Source: Candidatus Latescibacterota bacterium (lineage in GTDB: Bacteria > Latescibacterota > UBA2968 > SICM01). From it: DNA of 64,000 nt. The stretch covers positions 3,936,001-4,000,000 of the forward strand of contig CBDCJO010000002.1 of assembly GCA_965217865.1 (NCBI GenBank), read 5' to 3'. Made by a program: the position numbers and the translations under genes. Below the pieces are notes generated by a model. That model saw only the letters and a program-made list of their open reading frames with translations, did not search any database and had not been told where the DNA came from. Of the stretch, positions 42,204 through 51,219 are shown piece after piece; positions within the stretch are counted from its first letter, which is position 1, and each line of letters starts with the position of its first letter.

Positions 42204-43367
42204 TCAGGTGGGCGCGATGATGGTGCCCTGTATACTGAAGAAGTATTCGTAGTCCACAGGATGTCCGGTGCGTTCCTTCCCCCGGTCGGTCGCCTGTTGC
42301 ACGATGAAGTAACGCCCATCATCCACAGGTACCATTACCGGTGCGTCACACGGTATGACTTCGGTGGCATCGTCGAGAGGCGGGAGCTCCAGGTCGCGTC
42401 GCCAGGTTTCACCCCCGTCGTCGCTGATGAAGAGCACGTTGAAGGTGCGCCGGTTCCGCTTGCGGTAGATTTCACGCCCTTTTGCGCAGCCCTCGCAGCC
42501 CACGGCCATCAGGAGGCGGCCGTCCGGTGTCTCCCAAAGATCCGGCATCTTTCCCTGGATTCCGATGGGTTTCGGCGTTGACCATGTCCGGCCACCGTCG
42601 GTAGAGCGGACCATCCCGAAGGTGCGACTGGGCTCCTGCCCCGGCATGTCCCGGATGACGGCCAAAAGCGTGCCGTCACGTCGCTCGAGGATGTTGGTCT
42701 CATTTCCCCAGGCCGTGTCAATGTCCTCGAAAGGCCCCCAGGACCACCCGCCGTTGCGGGAGCGGAAATACCCCGTCATTCCCTTCCGCCTCCCGGTTGC
42801 GGGGTCAGGCGGAAACCTCCCGTTGGCCGGAAGCAACAGGTCTCCGGACTGCAGCTCGATTATCCTGCCGAAATCATAGAACCTTGTACCTTCAGGTGCG
42901 CCACCCACAGCGATGTTGGTCCACGTCTGGCCATGGTCCCCGGAACGAAGACAGTGAACGTGGCCTACACCGTGACCCGGAGTGAGGTCGTACATCGCGA
43001 TCATAACGGCCTCGTAATCCATGTCGTGGTCACCCTTGGGAGGCTCACCGGGGGCATCGTCTCGCTTGGGCGTAATATGGTAGGTCACCGGCAGCAGGAT
43101 ATTGCCGTCACGCATGGTCATCAGACCGACATCCGCCAGGATTGAGGCTCGAGGGTCCAGGGCTTTCCAGATCGTTTCCGGGTGGCTCCAGGTACGACCC
43201 TCGTCCCGCGAGCGGATGATCTGGAGCTCGGAGCCGCGGGGAAAGGGCTCCCACCGGGTAGAGAGGGCACAAATCAGTTCCCCCACCGCCGAAACTGTCA
43301 CAGCCGGTTTGCAGGCCGGCGGTGGCGCCACAAGTCCGTTGTACTCAACCCTGTAATCCATGACCAA
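42204..43367 (-). CDS. Sialidase-fold (BNR/Asp-box) protein
   Basis: Five Asp boxes: SRDEGRTW, SGDHGQTW, SRNGGWSW, STDGGRTW, SDDGGETW. Confidence 0.85.
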   Translation of the reverse strand: MVMDYRVEYNGLVAPPPACKPAVTVSAVGELICALSTRWEPFPRGSELQIIRSRDEGRTWSHPETIWKALDPRASILADVGLMTMRDGNILLPVTYHITPKRDDAPGEPPKGDHDMDYEAVMIAMYDLTPGHGVGHVHCLRSGDHGQTWTNIAVGGAPEGTRFYDFGRIIELQSGDLLLPANGRFPPDPATGRRKGMTGYFRSRNGGWSWGPFEDIDTAWGNETNILERRDGTLLAVIRDMPGQEPSRTFGMVRSTDGGRTWSTPKPIGIQGKMPDLWETPDGRLLMAVGCEGCAKGREIYRKRNRRTFNVLFISDDGGETWRRDLELPPLDDATEVIPCDAPVMVPVDDGRYFIVQQATDRGKERTGHPVDYEYFFSIQGTIIAPT

Positions 43368-43481
43368 CCATTCTTCCCGAACAGTCCGGGGGGGTCTGAG
43401 ACAGCTGTTCTGCAGAACTACGTAGACTCCGCTCTTTTTGGTTTCTAATTGTATTCAGCTTCCAGGCGGTTAGGGCCTCGA

Positions 43482-44372
43482 TCACTGCCCGTCGAAGAAC
43501 CGAACGCTTTCGAGAGATCGGCGCAATGCTTTCGTCTCGGTCTCGTCGAAGGAGCGCATCGGGGTTCGAGGGACACCGCAAGGCAATCCCATCCAGGCCA
43601 GGATCTGTTTGATTCCCGCGAAACCAGACGGCCCCTCCATGGCGCTCATGATTTCGTTGAGACGAGACTGGGTTCGCGCTGCCAGGTCCATATCCTTTGC
43701 CTGAAAGGCGTCCCAGAGCGCGACGAAAAGGCCGGGCATGGCGTTGTAGGTCAGCCCGATTCCCCCACAGGCCCCGGTCAGAAGGCCGCCGAGCAGGACG
43801 GAGTCTTCGCCGCTAAAGATCACCGTGCCCTTTCTTCTTGCCAGAAACTTGCCCATCGAATAGACATCACCGCTCGAATCCTTCATCCCGACGATGTTCT
43901 GGACCTCGAGGAGCTGATCGAACAGCTCCAGCGTCATGGTGATGCCGGTGCGCTGGGGGATGTTGTAGACGAGCAGAGGACGGTCGGTAGACCCGGCCAG
44001 ATCGGTGTAATAGCGGACCAGGGCGGGCGTATCGACCGGGTAGAAGTAGGCTGGGGGCAAGGCAGCGATGGCATCGGCACCGGCCTCCCCGGCGTGTTTG
44101 GCCAGGGCGAGGGTGTCGGCTGTTTGAAACGCGCCCACGTGGGCGATGACGCCGGCTCGTCCCCGCACTTCGTCGATGACTGTCTCGAGCACTTCCCGCC
44201 GTTCGTCCCGGGTAAGGAGCATACCTTCACCCGTTCCCCCGCATACATAGAAGCCGTGTACGCCTGCTTCGAGCTGGTGTCGCACGATCCTGCGCATAGA
44301 CTGCGGATCAAAGGCCCCTGAGTCGTCGAACGGGGTGACGATGGCGGGGTAGATACCCTTGAGCTCTCGCAT
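43482..44372 (-). CDS. N-acetylneuraminate lyase-like (DHDPS/NanA family)
   Basis: YVCGGTGEG, VIAHVGA, VYNIP, GMKDSS motifs. Confidence 0.88.
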   Translation of the reverse strand: MRELKGIYPAIVTPFDDSGAFDPQSMRRIVRHQLEAGVHGFYVCGGTGEGMLLTRDERREVLETVIDEVRGRAGVIAHVGAFQTADTLALAKHAGEAGADAIAALPPAYFYPVDTPALVRYYTDLAGSTDRPLLVYNIPQRTGITMTLELFDQLLEVQNIVGMKDSSGDVYSMGKFLARRKGTVIFSGEDSVLLGGLLTGACGGIGLTYNAMPGLFVALWDAFQAKDMDLAARTQSRLNEIMSAMEGPSGFAGIKQILAWMGLPCGVPRTPMRSFDETETKALRRSLESVRFFDGQ

Positions 44373-44486
44373 GGTTTTTCTCCTCTACAAAATTATAGGA
44401 AAATGAAAAATGAAAAATAGAAAATGGAAATTTTAAAATATGAATCACAAGCATCGCATCGGAATGAATTTCCGAACAGTGAAACC

Positions 44487-45359
44487 TTAAATTGCCTGGA
44501 GTCGGGATGGAAGCGCGATGGGTTCCCCGTTCCTGCAGACGTGAGGAAAGCTGTCCCCTGCCTCCGACATGGGGGCCCCGTCTTTTAGGTTAACGAACTG
44601 TTTCATGACGTGACCACCCTCCCCTACGAAGCGGGCTTCTCCGGTCATGTAATGGATGGCGATTGCCCGTCGATGGCGGTCGGAATGATTCGGGGGCGAG
44701 CTGTGCCACGTCAGGGAATGATGGAACGACACCGCACCTTTTTTGACAGGTCGGGAACAGGGAACAACGGTTTTGACCTCAGCGCCTTCGGGCGGGGTGA
44801 AGCCCTTGATATTCTTCAGGTCTTCCCGCTCGTTCAGGTGACCCTGTGCCCTGAGGAATTCCGATTGAATTCCCCAGTTGTGACTGCCGGGCACCATCCA
44901 CATGCAGCCGTTTTCCTCATCCGCATCGTCCAGCGCGATCCAGGCCGATACGGGCGTGCTGGGACGGAGGATCCGCCAGGCCGGTGCGTCCTGGTGCCAG
45001 TGAAGTCCCCCGCCGGAGTTCGGGGGTTTGTACTGGATCTGGTCGTGCCAGATCATCAAGTCCGGCTGGCCGGTCAGCAGGCTCATCCCCTCGACGATGT
45101 AAGGGTTGTAGAGCAACCGCTCGAAGGGTTGCGAGGCCATCCAGATGTTGACGATCTGCAGGCTCTCGCTTGCAGTGCCGGTATCGGAGTACTGGATTCG
45201 GGCGGGACGGGATTCGCCGGGAGCAAAACCGTCTGCACCTATTTCAATAATGCGATCCAGGTCGGCCCTCAGCTCGTCGACTTCGTCGTCGTCGAGGATC
45301 CGATCCCCGTCGAGAAAACCGGTTCGTTTAAATTCAGCCACTTGGGCAGGGGTGAGCAT
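44487..45359 (-). CDS. PhyH-family Fe/2OG dioxygenase
   Basis: WHQD, WIALDDADEENGC...PGSH, FHHSLTWHSS motifs. Confidence 0.92.
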   Translation of the reverse strand: MLTPAQVAEFKRTGFLDGDRILDDDEVDELRADLDRIIEIGADGFAPGESRPARIQYSDTGTASESLQIVNIWMASQPFERLLYNPYIVEGMSLLTGQPDLMIWHDQIQYKPPNSGGGLHWHQDAPAWRILRPSTPVSAWIALDDADEENGCMWMVPGSHNWGIQSEFLRAQGHLNEREDLKNIKGFTPPEGAEVKTVVPCSRPVKKGAVSFHHSLTWHSSPPNHSDRHRRAIAIHYMTGEARFVGEGGHVMKQFVNLKDGAPMSEAGDSFPHVCRNGEPIALPSRLQAI

Positions 45360-45536
45360 AGGAAAACCTCCTATCGTTCGTTAGTCGGGTTTCAGGTGTC
45401 AGTGATCAGGTCACGATCTCAACCTTCAGAACCAGACTCTATTCCTGCGTCTCACGTTTGCTTTTTCAAATTTTCCTATCGCGACCTTCGGTTCTCAGCC
45501 GCAACCCAAATCCTTGGCCTTATGTGGCCAAAAATT

Positions 45537-45746
45537 GTGGGACCGGTCTCCAGACCGGGAACTGGCTCTGAAGGGCCAAGATCCCTTCACAGAGGATTTT
45601 TTTGGCTGATGCCCTTATTCCCCGACTGGAGTCGGGTCTCACAAATCTAAGGGATTATTCCATTACCTATTAATGTGGGGTCCGGTATGCTCCCTCACCC
45701 CGCCTCGCAAGCCCGGCACCCCTATCCCGGTTGCCGGGAGAGGGGA
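45537..45746. repeat. Cluster of REP-like palindromes
   Basis: Inverted pair TGTGGGACCGGTCTCCAGACCGG / CCCGACTGGAGTCGGGTCTCACA, plus a CCCTCACCCC...TCCCGG..CCGGGAGAGGGG element. Confidence 0.6.
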
Positions 45747-45763
45747 AGTTCTGTTGAATGACT

Positions 45764-47239
45764 CTAAATCTCATCCAGGGGATAGAGGGGTCGGGTTACG
45801 TGTGAAAACTTCACCTTTCGCAAGTCCGCCCGGGTGGGACCCGGCGTGTCAGCCATCAGGAGACGATCCGCAAGGGGGGCGAAGGACACCTTGAAGTGCG
45901 AAGGGGATTTGACGAAGACCAGGGCCGCATCCTCAGGGTCCAAGCCAACTGCATGATACATCGCGGGATCCCATTCGAAAGACGGCTTAGATCTCAGGCT
46001 CAGCCGAATGCTCCCGATTGCCAATACCGCGGTCAAGCCCATATTCATATTCAATCCGGTGAGGCCCTGCCCCTTCAGGGAATAAGCCCCATCGGTCAAG
46101 AGGCGGACCGTTCCGGTGATGCTCAGCGGCTCTCCATCGTCGGTCGATACACTGTGTCCCACAGAAAGCCGGAGCTCCTTTCCAACCCCGGAAACCTGAG
46201 CGGCACGCGCAGCCTCCGCATCACAGAGCCCCAGGTAAGTGGACCGGTCTGCGCGATCCGCTCCCTGGACGAGCAGTTCGCGAAGAACCGCTACGTTGTC
46301 TGCGGAAGAGCCTCCGGTGGGGGCGTCACCGAGATCCCCGACGACGGTCAGGCCGCGTGGGGCCTCCAGACCGATGCGGACGGCCTCCTCAAGCGACACC
46401 AGGTCCGGATCAAACTCCTTCCGGGCGGTCCAGGCCATATCGGCCAGCTCGTCGGCCGCGGCCTGTGCTGCATCGGGATCGCCATCTGTTACGGCCACGG
46501 CTGCAAAAGCGAGGTCGGGTATGTCCATCCAGGGTTGGACGGGAAAGAGCGATGCGTGGAGGACGCGACCCGAATTCTCCATGGTGCGTGCGGCTTTCAC
46601 AATCCGGGACAATGGACCGTCGGTCGTACGTGCCGTAACGGCGCTGACGAGCATCGGCCGTTTGGCAAGTGCAGTCTCGGGGCTGCGATTGCCCCGAAGC
46701 GTTTCGATAAACAATCTGGCCGCCCTAACCCCGGTTTCATAGATGTCGATGTGCGGGTATTCTTGGTATCCGACGATAAAGGTCGCGTTCTTCACCATAC
46801 GGGGCGTGAGGTGCGCGTGGAGATCGAGGCTCACTCCGATGGGAAGGGTGTTCCCTACAACGGACCTTATCGCCTCAAGGAGCGAACCCTCCCCGTCGGG
46901 TTCGTCCTCCATGACCATGGCACCGTGAAGCGCCAGGAGGATGCCATCCACAGGGAGAGCCGCTTCAAGTCTCTTGATCAATTCTCCGGCAAGATGATCG
47001 AAGGTCTCCCGGGTCAGCGGGCCGCCGGCAGCGCCAAATGCCGCGATCAGGGGTATGGGTGTGGCGCCTTCCTCTCGAAAGACTTCGAGGAAGGCCGGGA
47101 CTTCAACCCGGGCGTCCTGATATCCGGTGAACAACGCTTGGTCGTAGAGCAGGTAGTAGGAGGCAAAGTCGTCCAGGGTGGTCCGGGTCGGAACAAAGCT
47201 GTTGGTTTCCTGTATAAGACTGCCGATGGCGATACGCAT
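45764..47239 (-). CDS. M81/MlrC-family metallohydrolase
   Basis: QETNSF, LALHGAM, DLHAH, YPHID, DAPTGG, VKS motifs. Confidence 0.92.
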   Translation of the reverse strand: MRIAIGSLIQETNSFVPTRTTLDDFASYYLLYDQALFTGYQDARVEVPAFLEVFREEGATPIPLIAAFGAAGGPLTRETFDHLAGELIKRLEAALPVDGILLALHGAMVMEDEPDGEGSLLEAIRSVVGNTLPIGVSLDLHAHLTPRMVKNATFIVGYQEYPHIDIYETGVRAARLFIETLRGNRSPETALAKRPMLVSAVTARTTDGPLSRIVKAARTMENSGRVLHASLFPVQPWMDIPDLAFAAVAVTDGDPDAAQAAADELADMAWTARKEFDPDLVSLEEAVRIGLEAPRGLTVVGDLGDAPTGGSSADNVAVLRELLVQGADRADRSTYLGLCDAEAARAAQVSGVGKELRLSVGHSVSTDDGEPLSITGTVRLLTDGAYSLKGQGLTGLNMNMGLTAVLAIGSIRLSLRSKPSFEWDPAMYHAVGLDPEDAALVFVKSPSHFKVSFAPLADRLLMADTPGPTRADLRKVKFSHVTRPLYPLDEI

Positions 47240-47323
47240 TTCGAATTTCGGATCGTTGATCTGTCAATTGGGATTGCTGAAGCAGGATGATTTTGCGGAA
47301 CATGATTCCACTGTCGGATCCGT

Positions 47324-48100
47324 TCAGCCGGAGATCTTTATATCCTGAATGAGCGATGCACTTTCTCTATCCAGGTAGAGGTGCGCATTCGGGTGTGTCT
47401 TGAGTATCGTCGCTGGACAGTCTTCAGAAACGGGTTCCGAAAGGAGTTTCCGGACGGCCTCGGCCTTGTTCTTGAAGGGGACCACAGCGATCAGAAAGGG
47501 GGCCTCCATCACTTTCGGAACGGTCGTAGTGATTCCCTTTCTGGGGATGGCTGCCCCCCCGAGAAATTCGTCCCTTTCGAGCTGTGATCGCGAGGTTTCC
47601 GGGAGCGTGATGATGCGCGTCAGGTTCGTGTCCTGGAAATCGGTCTGACCCTGTTCGTTGAGCCCGATGTGGCCGGACTCTCCAACCCCGATACAGGCGA
47701 TGTGGAGCTGGTTTTTTTTCAAGACATTTTCATAACGAGCCCGTTCAATTTCGGCATCCGGTGCGCAGCAGTTCACCCGATCGATCCACCCAGGACACGC
47801 GGAATCGTAAAGGAAGGCGTCAAGGCATGCACCGACGCTGAAGCGAGGGTCCATCGAGGGGTCCCAGTAGTCGTCGATGTTGAAGGCGTGGACCCGGTTC
47901 CAGTCGATTTCTTTTTGGGTCATAAGCTCACGCTGGAAGGCCTTCTGTGATTCCGCACCTCCGAACATGATGTTTACTTTTTCCGCTTCCTCGAAAGTCA
48001 GGTAAGCCTTTGTGACTGCTTTTGCGGCCTCCCGGGCCATGGCATCGGTGGTCGGATAGATGAAGACGGAAAGTTTGTCATTCTTGAAATGTGTCGTCAT
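47324..48100 (-). CDS. Glucosamine-6-phosphate deaminase-like (NagB/6PGL fold)
   Basis: AFNIDDY, GVGESGHIGLNE, CPATILKTHPNAHLYLD motifs. Confidence 0.85.
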   Translation of the reverse strand: MTTHFKNDKLSVFIYPTTDAMAREAAKAVTKAYLTFEEAEKVNIMFGGAESQKAFQRELMTQKEIDWNRVHAFNIDDYWDPSMDPRFSVGACLDAFLYDSACPGWIDRVNCCAPDAEIERARYENVLKKNQLHIACIGVGESGHIGLNEQGQTDFQDTNLTRIITLPETSRSQLERDEFLGGAAIPRKGITTTVPKVMEAPFLIAVVPFKNKAEAVRKLLSEPVSEDCPATILKTHPNAHLYLDRESASLIQDIKISG

Positions 48101-48351
48101 AGATGGTTCCAGGTTGAAGTCAAGTCAAATTCCTTTTGCTTCTCCCAAGGTAGATGAACGATGATCGTTTTTGACCAGTTTAATATATTTTTTCAAGGAA
48201 AACAAGGTTTTAGCGTTAATGCTGACAACTCTTTGTGAATAATAGGACTTGGTTGACCTCTCGGAAGCCACCGTTGTTCTCTTGTCCGGAGTCACCTAAC
48301 CCGTTGAACCCAGCCTGCATCGAAAGGCTACTTGCCGGCCTTTTTGACTTC

Positions 48352-48380
48352 TTGACATCCAACATATCCCCCAGTACATT
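48352..48380 (+). promoter_or_regulatory. sigma70 promoter
   Basis: TTGACA-N17-TACATT upstream of 48467. Confidence 0.65.
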
Positions 48381-48466
48381 CATCCACCTATTTCACTCCT
48401 AATGATCGTTCGTGCATCAGGCGAAACGGTCATATCACAAGCGAACACACAAGGAGCGCATGGACC

Positions 48467-50473
48467 ATGAGCACGTACTGTATCATTCTAGATCCGCTGG
48501 CCGGGCAGGACGCGGCGTGTGCCGTTGGTGCCGAATACCTGATAAACGCTATGACTCGAATTGGATACGAGGAAGCATCCTCTGACCGAGCCGAGGTTAC
48601 GATAAAGACGCACTGCGTCAAGGGCCAGGAAGAAGAATTCGTGATCGAACCGCTCAAAGACGGAAAGGGCCTTCAGGTCAGCGGAACGCCGGCGGGCGCA
48701 GCCTATGGCCTGGTCTCTCTTTCGGAGCGTCTGACGATAGATGGGCCGAACTGGGAATTGGGTTATTCGTCAAAGCCTGCCTTCAGCGAGCGAATGTTTT
48801 CGGAGGAGGGACAGTTGCTCGCTTTCCCCGATTGGGGGTTCTGGAGCGATGACCCGCCATACGTCAATGAAGAGGTTTTGGACGAGGAGATCGAGGAGGT
48901 CAAGAGACTGGTCCCACACCTTGTTCGAAACGGGTTCAACGCGTTTTGCCTCGCGCACATGAATGTCGATGAGTATATCGACTACCAATACGTAGGCAGA
49001 CCTGTGCTCCGGGAAAACGACCGTCACCGGGATCGCTCCAAGGTATTTTGCAGTAAGATGACGGACCTCATAGAGTATTTCCACAGGCACCACATCAAAG
49101 TTTACGTACAGGTTTACGAGTTTTCCTACCCCTACACCATGGCGGAACATGAGCTGGTGGAAACATACGAAGGACGCAATAAGTTTTATGCTGCGCGCTA
49201 TCGCGAATTCTTCGAGCGCGTGCCTTATGACGGTGTTGTCATGACCGTGGGGGAGCCTCATTGCCGGGCGGGTTATCTGGGTAAGCACGTTATTAAAAGG
49301 ATTCCTCCATATGAATATGATGCGGCAGACGCAGCACCCCTTGCAGACTTCATGCATGAGCTTATATCGGAGCAGCTCGGAAAGCGCTTGTACTTCAGGC
49401 TGTGGGGTTATTGTACGGCGAGGGCGAGTTTTGACGTCCAGAAGTGGCGGAGCTTCAGTGCTGCGCTCAGATCCAAAGTGGATTTGGCTTCCAAGTCTTC
49501 TAACGGTGACTTCTGGATTCACCAAAACGAAAGTCCATTGTTCCACGAACCTACTGCCGACGGTCGGATTTCCATGTACATCTTCGACGGGTACCGGCAA
49601 TACGAAGGGTGGGGCGAAATGTTCTGCGTCCCCAAGGATTGGGGGGCAAGACTGCGGCTCAGCCTTCTACGGGGAGCCCGTTGCGTCAATATGTGGGGAC
49701 CATGGAGCGGATATCTCCACTACACGGGTGCTGTTACGCCTGTAGATTGGCCCCTGTTTGGGAGCTGGCGGGGCGTTCAAAGTCACCACCATGTATTCAC
49801 CCGTGGCTTTAAGCCGGGAGAAGCAAACGTCTATCTGTTTGGGCGCCTGGCCTGGGATCCCGAATGTTCGATAGAACAGGCGGCACACGACTGGGCTGTG
49901 CTCCATTATGGTGAACGGAATGCGTCTGCAGTCCGGGAGATTTTGGAACTATCCGAGATCCCGTGGCGCCTGGTCTACCTGAAGGGCGAGCGACAGGCGA
50001 ATGTGAGAAATGTCACGACCTTCCAGTATGATCCGGAGAAGACCCGATCCTTCCTGACACACAATACGTTAGAAGAAGTGGAGGCCAAACACGATCAGGC
50101 ACTGTCCACAGCAAAGCGTATAGCACAATTGAGTGAAGGCGCGGATGAAGATGCGGTACCCAATCCCGAAGCTCTCTCGGCTCTGCGTCGCGGGACGCGG
50201 TTGGGGGAGTTGTATTTGGGGGTTCTGATGCGTTACATCGCCAATCTTTTCCGTGAGCGGCAGATGGAAGCGGCCTCGAAGGAGGAACAGAGCCGGCTTC
50301 TGTCCAGCATAAAGACATCGCTGGATGAGATGGACGATCTCTTCGAGTCATGGTCATCGTTTGAACCCGAAGCCAGCGACTGGAACATTACGGCGAGCCC
50401 GAAATGGCGTGAAGACAAAATGGTTACGCTCAAAGACCGGGCTATGGCACTGCGGAAAAGGTGGAACTTATAA
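48467..50473 (+). CDS. Hypothetical glycoside-hydrolase-like protein (GH67/GH20-like architecture)
   Basis: N-domain EEFVI..GTPAGAAYGL..KPAFSER; ANVYLFGRLAWDP motif; family not certain. Confidence 0.55.
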   Translation: MSTYCIILDPLAGQDAACAVGAEYLINAMTRIGYEEASSDRAEVTIKTHCVKGQEEEFVIEPLKDGKGLQVSGTPAGAAYGLVSLSERLTIDGPNWELGYSSKPAFSERMFSEEGQLLAFPDWGFWSDDPPYVNEEVLDEEIEEVKRLVPHLVRNGFNAFCLAHMNVDEYIDYQYVGRPVLRENDRHRDRSKVFCSKMTDLIEYFHRHHIKVYVQVYEFSYPYTMAEHELVETYEGRNKFYAARYREFFERVPYDGVVMTVGEPHCRAGYLGKHVIKRIPPYEYDAADAAPLADFMHELISEQLGKRLYFRLWGYCTARASFDVQKWRSFSAALRSKVDLASKSSNGDFWIHQNESPLFHEPTADGRISMYIFDGYRQYEGWGEMFCVPKDWGARLRLSLLRGARCVNMWGPWSGYLHYTGAVTPVDWPLFGSWRGVQSHHHVFTRGFKPGEANVYLFGRLAWDPECSIEQAAHDWAVLHYGERNASAVREILELSEIPWRLVYLKGERQANVRNVTTFQYDPEKTRSFLTHNTLEEVEAKHDQALSTAKRIAQLSEGADEDAVPNPEALSALRRGTRLGELYLGVLMRYIANLFRERQMEAASKEEQSRLLSSIKTSLDEMDDLFESWSSFEPEASDWNITASPKWREDKMVTLKDRAMALRKRWNL

Positions 50474-50599
50474 CCCGTGGATCGTGGTTCGTGGATCGGA
50501 AAGAAGAGCCGTCAAACGTGAGACGTGAGACGGGAAAGGCAGGGATTGGAGGCACGTGGCCTGGGATGCTAGCGTCATTCCAAAATGACCCGGGATTCT

Positions 50600-50836
50600 C
50601 TTCGCTCAGCCGCAACAAAAAAGATGTAGGCATCTTTGCGTAGAAGAATCGCGCGGGAATGAATTCCCGCGCTACGTATACAAAGTCCGCCGCAGGCGGA
50701 CTCCCACCCAACATCACAATGGTATGACTTCTGCAGTTCTGTGGAAGGATCGAATTTGTCCTCTTTTGTTCCTTCTTCCTTATTAGTCCGGCTTGTCCGG
50801 ACTTCTTATTTGTAGCGAGGGAATTTGTTCCCTCGC
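50600..50836. repeat. GTAG-type REP cluster (inverted pair plus AGTCCG hairpins)
   Basis: GTAGCGCGGGAATTCATTCCCGCGC (minus, 50651-50675) and GTAGCGAGGGAATTTGTTCCCTCGC (plus, 50812-50836), with compensatory changes. Confidence 0.8.
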
Positions 50837-51219
50837 CGTCTGGAGTCATTTCACCTTGACAAAGATGGGTAGGTGACGGGATTATATGGGAGGGACGCCG
50901 TCCCCGGCGTCCGCTAACATCCCGGTCTTAAGGTCAGGGATTTTCAGAATCCCAAGGGGTCAAGGGTTTGGAGGTTTTCAGAGCGAATTGGGTGAATTTT
51001 AATGATGAACGGATCGATTAGGGGGGGAAGCGTTGTCGGCATCGGTTAACCGATTACGGCCCGCGAGGCCGCGGGCCCTCCCGGATACGGGTCGTTGATG
51101 ATGGGAATGCAACCTCGCGCCCAAAACCAATGGTTCAGGACCTGAGAATAGAAGGATCCTTCGACTACGCGGCAAAAACCGCCGCTCCGCTCAGGACGTG
51201 GCTTTCGAAACAATCTGCT

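Noticed and set aside
48157-48169. AACGATGATCGTT palindrome as operator of the catabolic cluster
   Set aside because: Single short copy (partial echo near 48402) and no regulator gene nearby; insufficient support.
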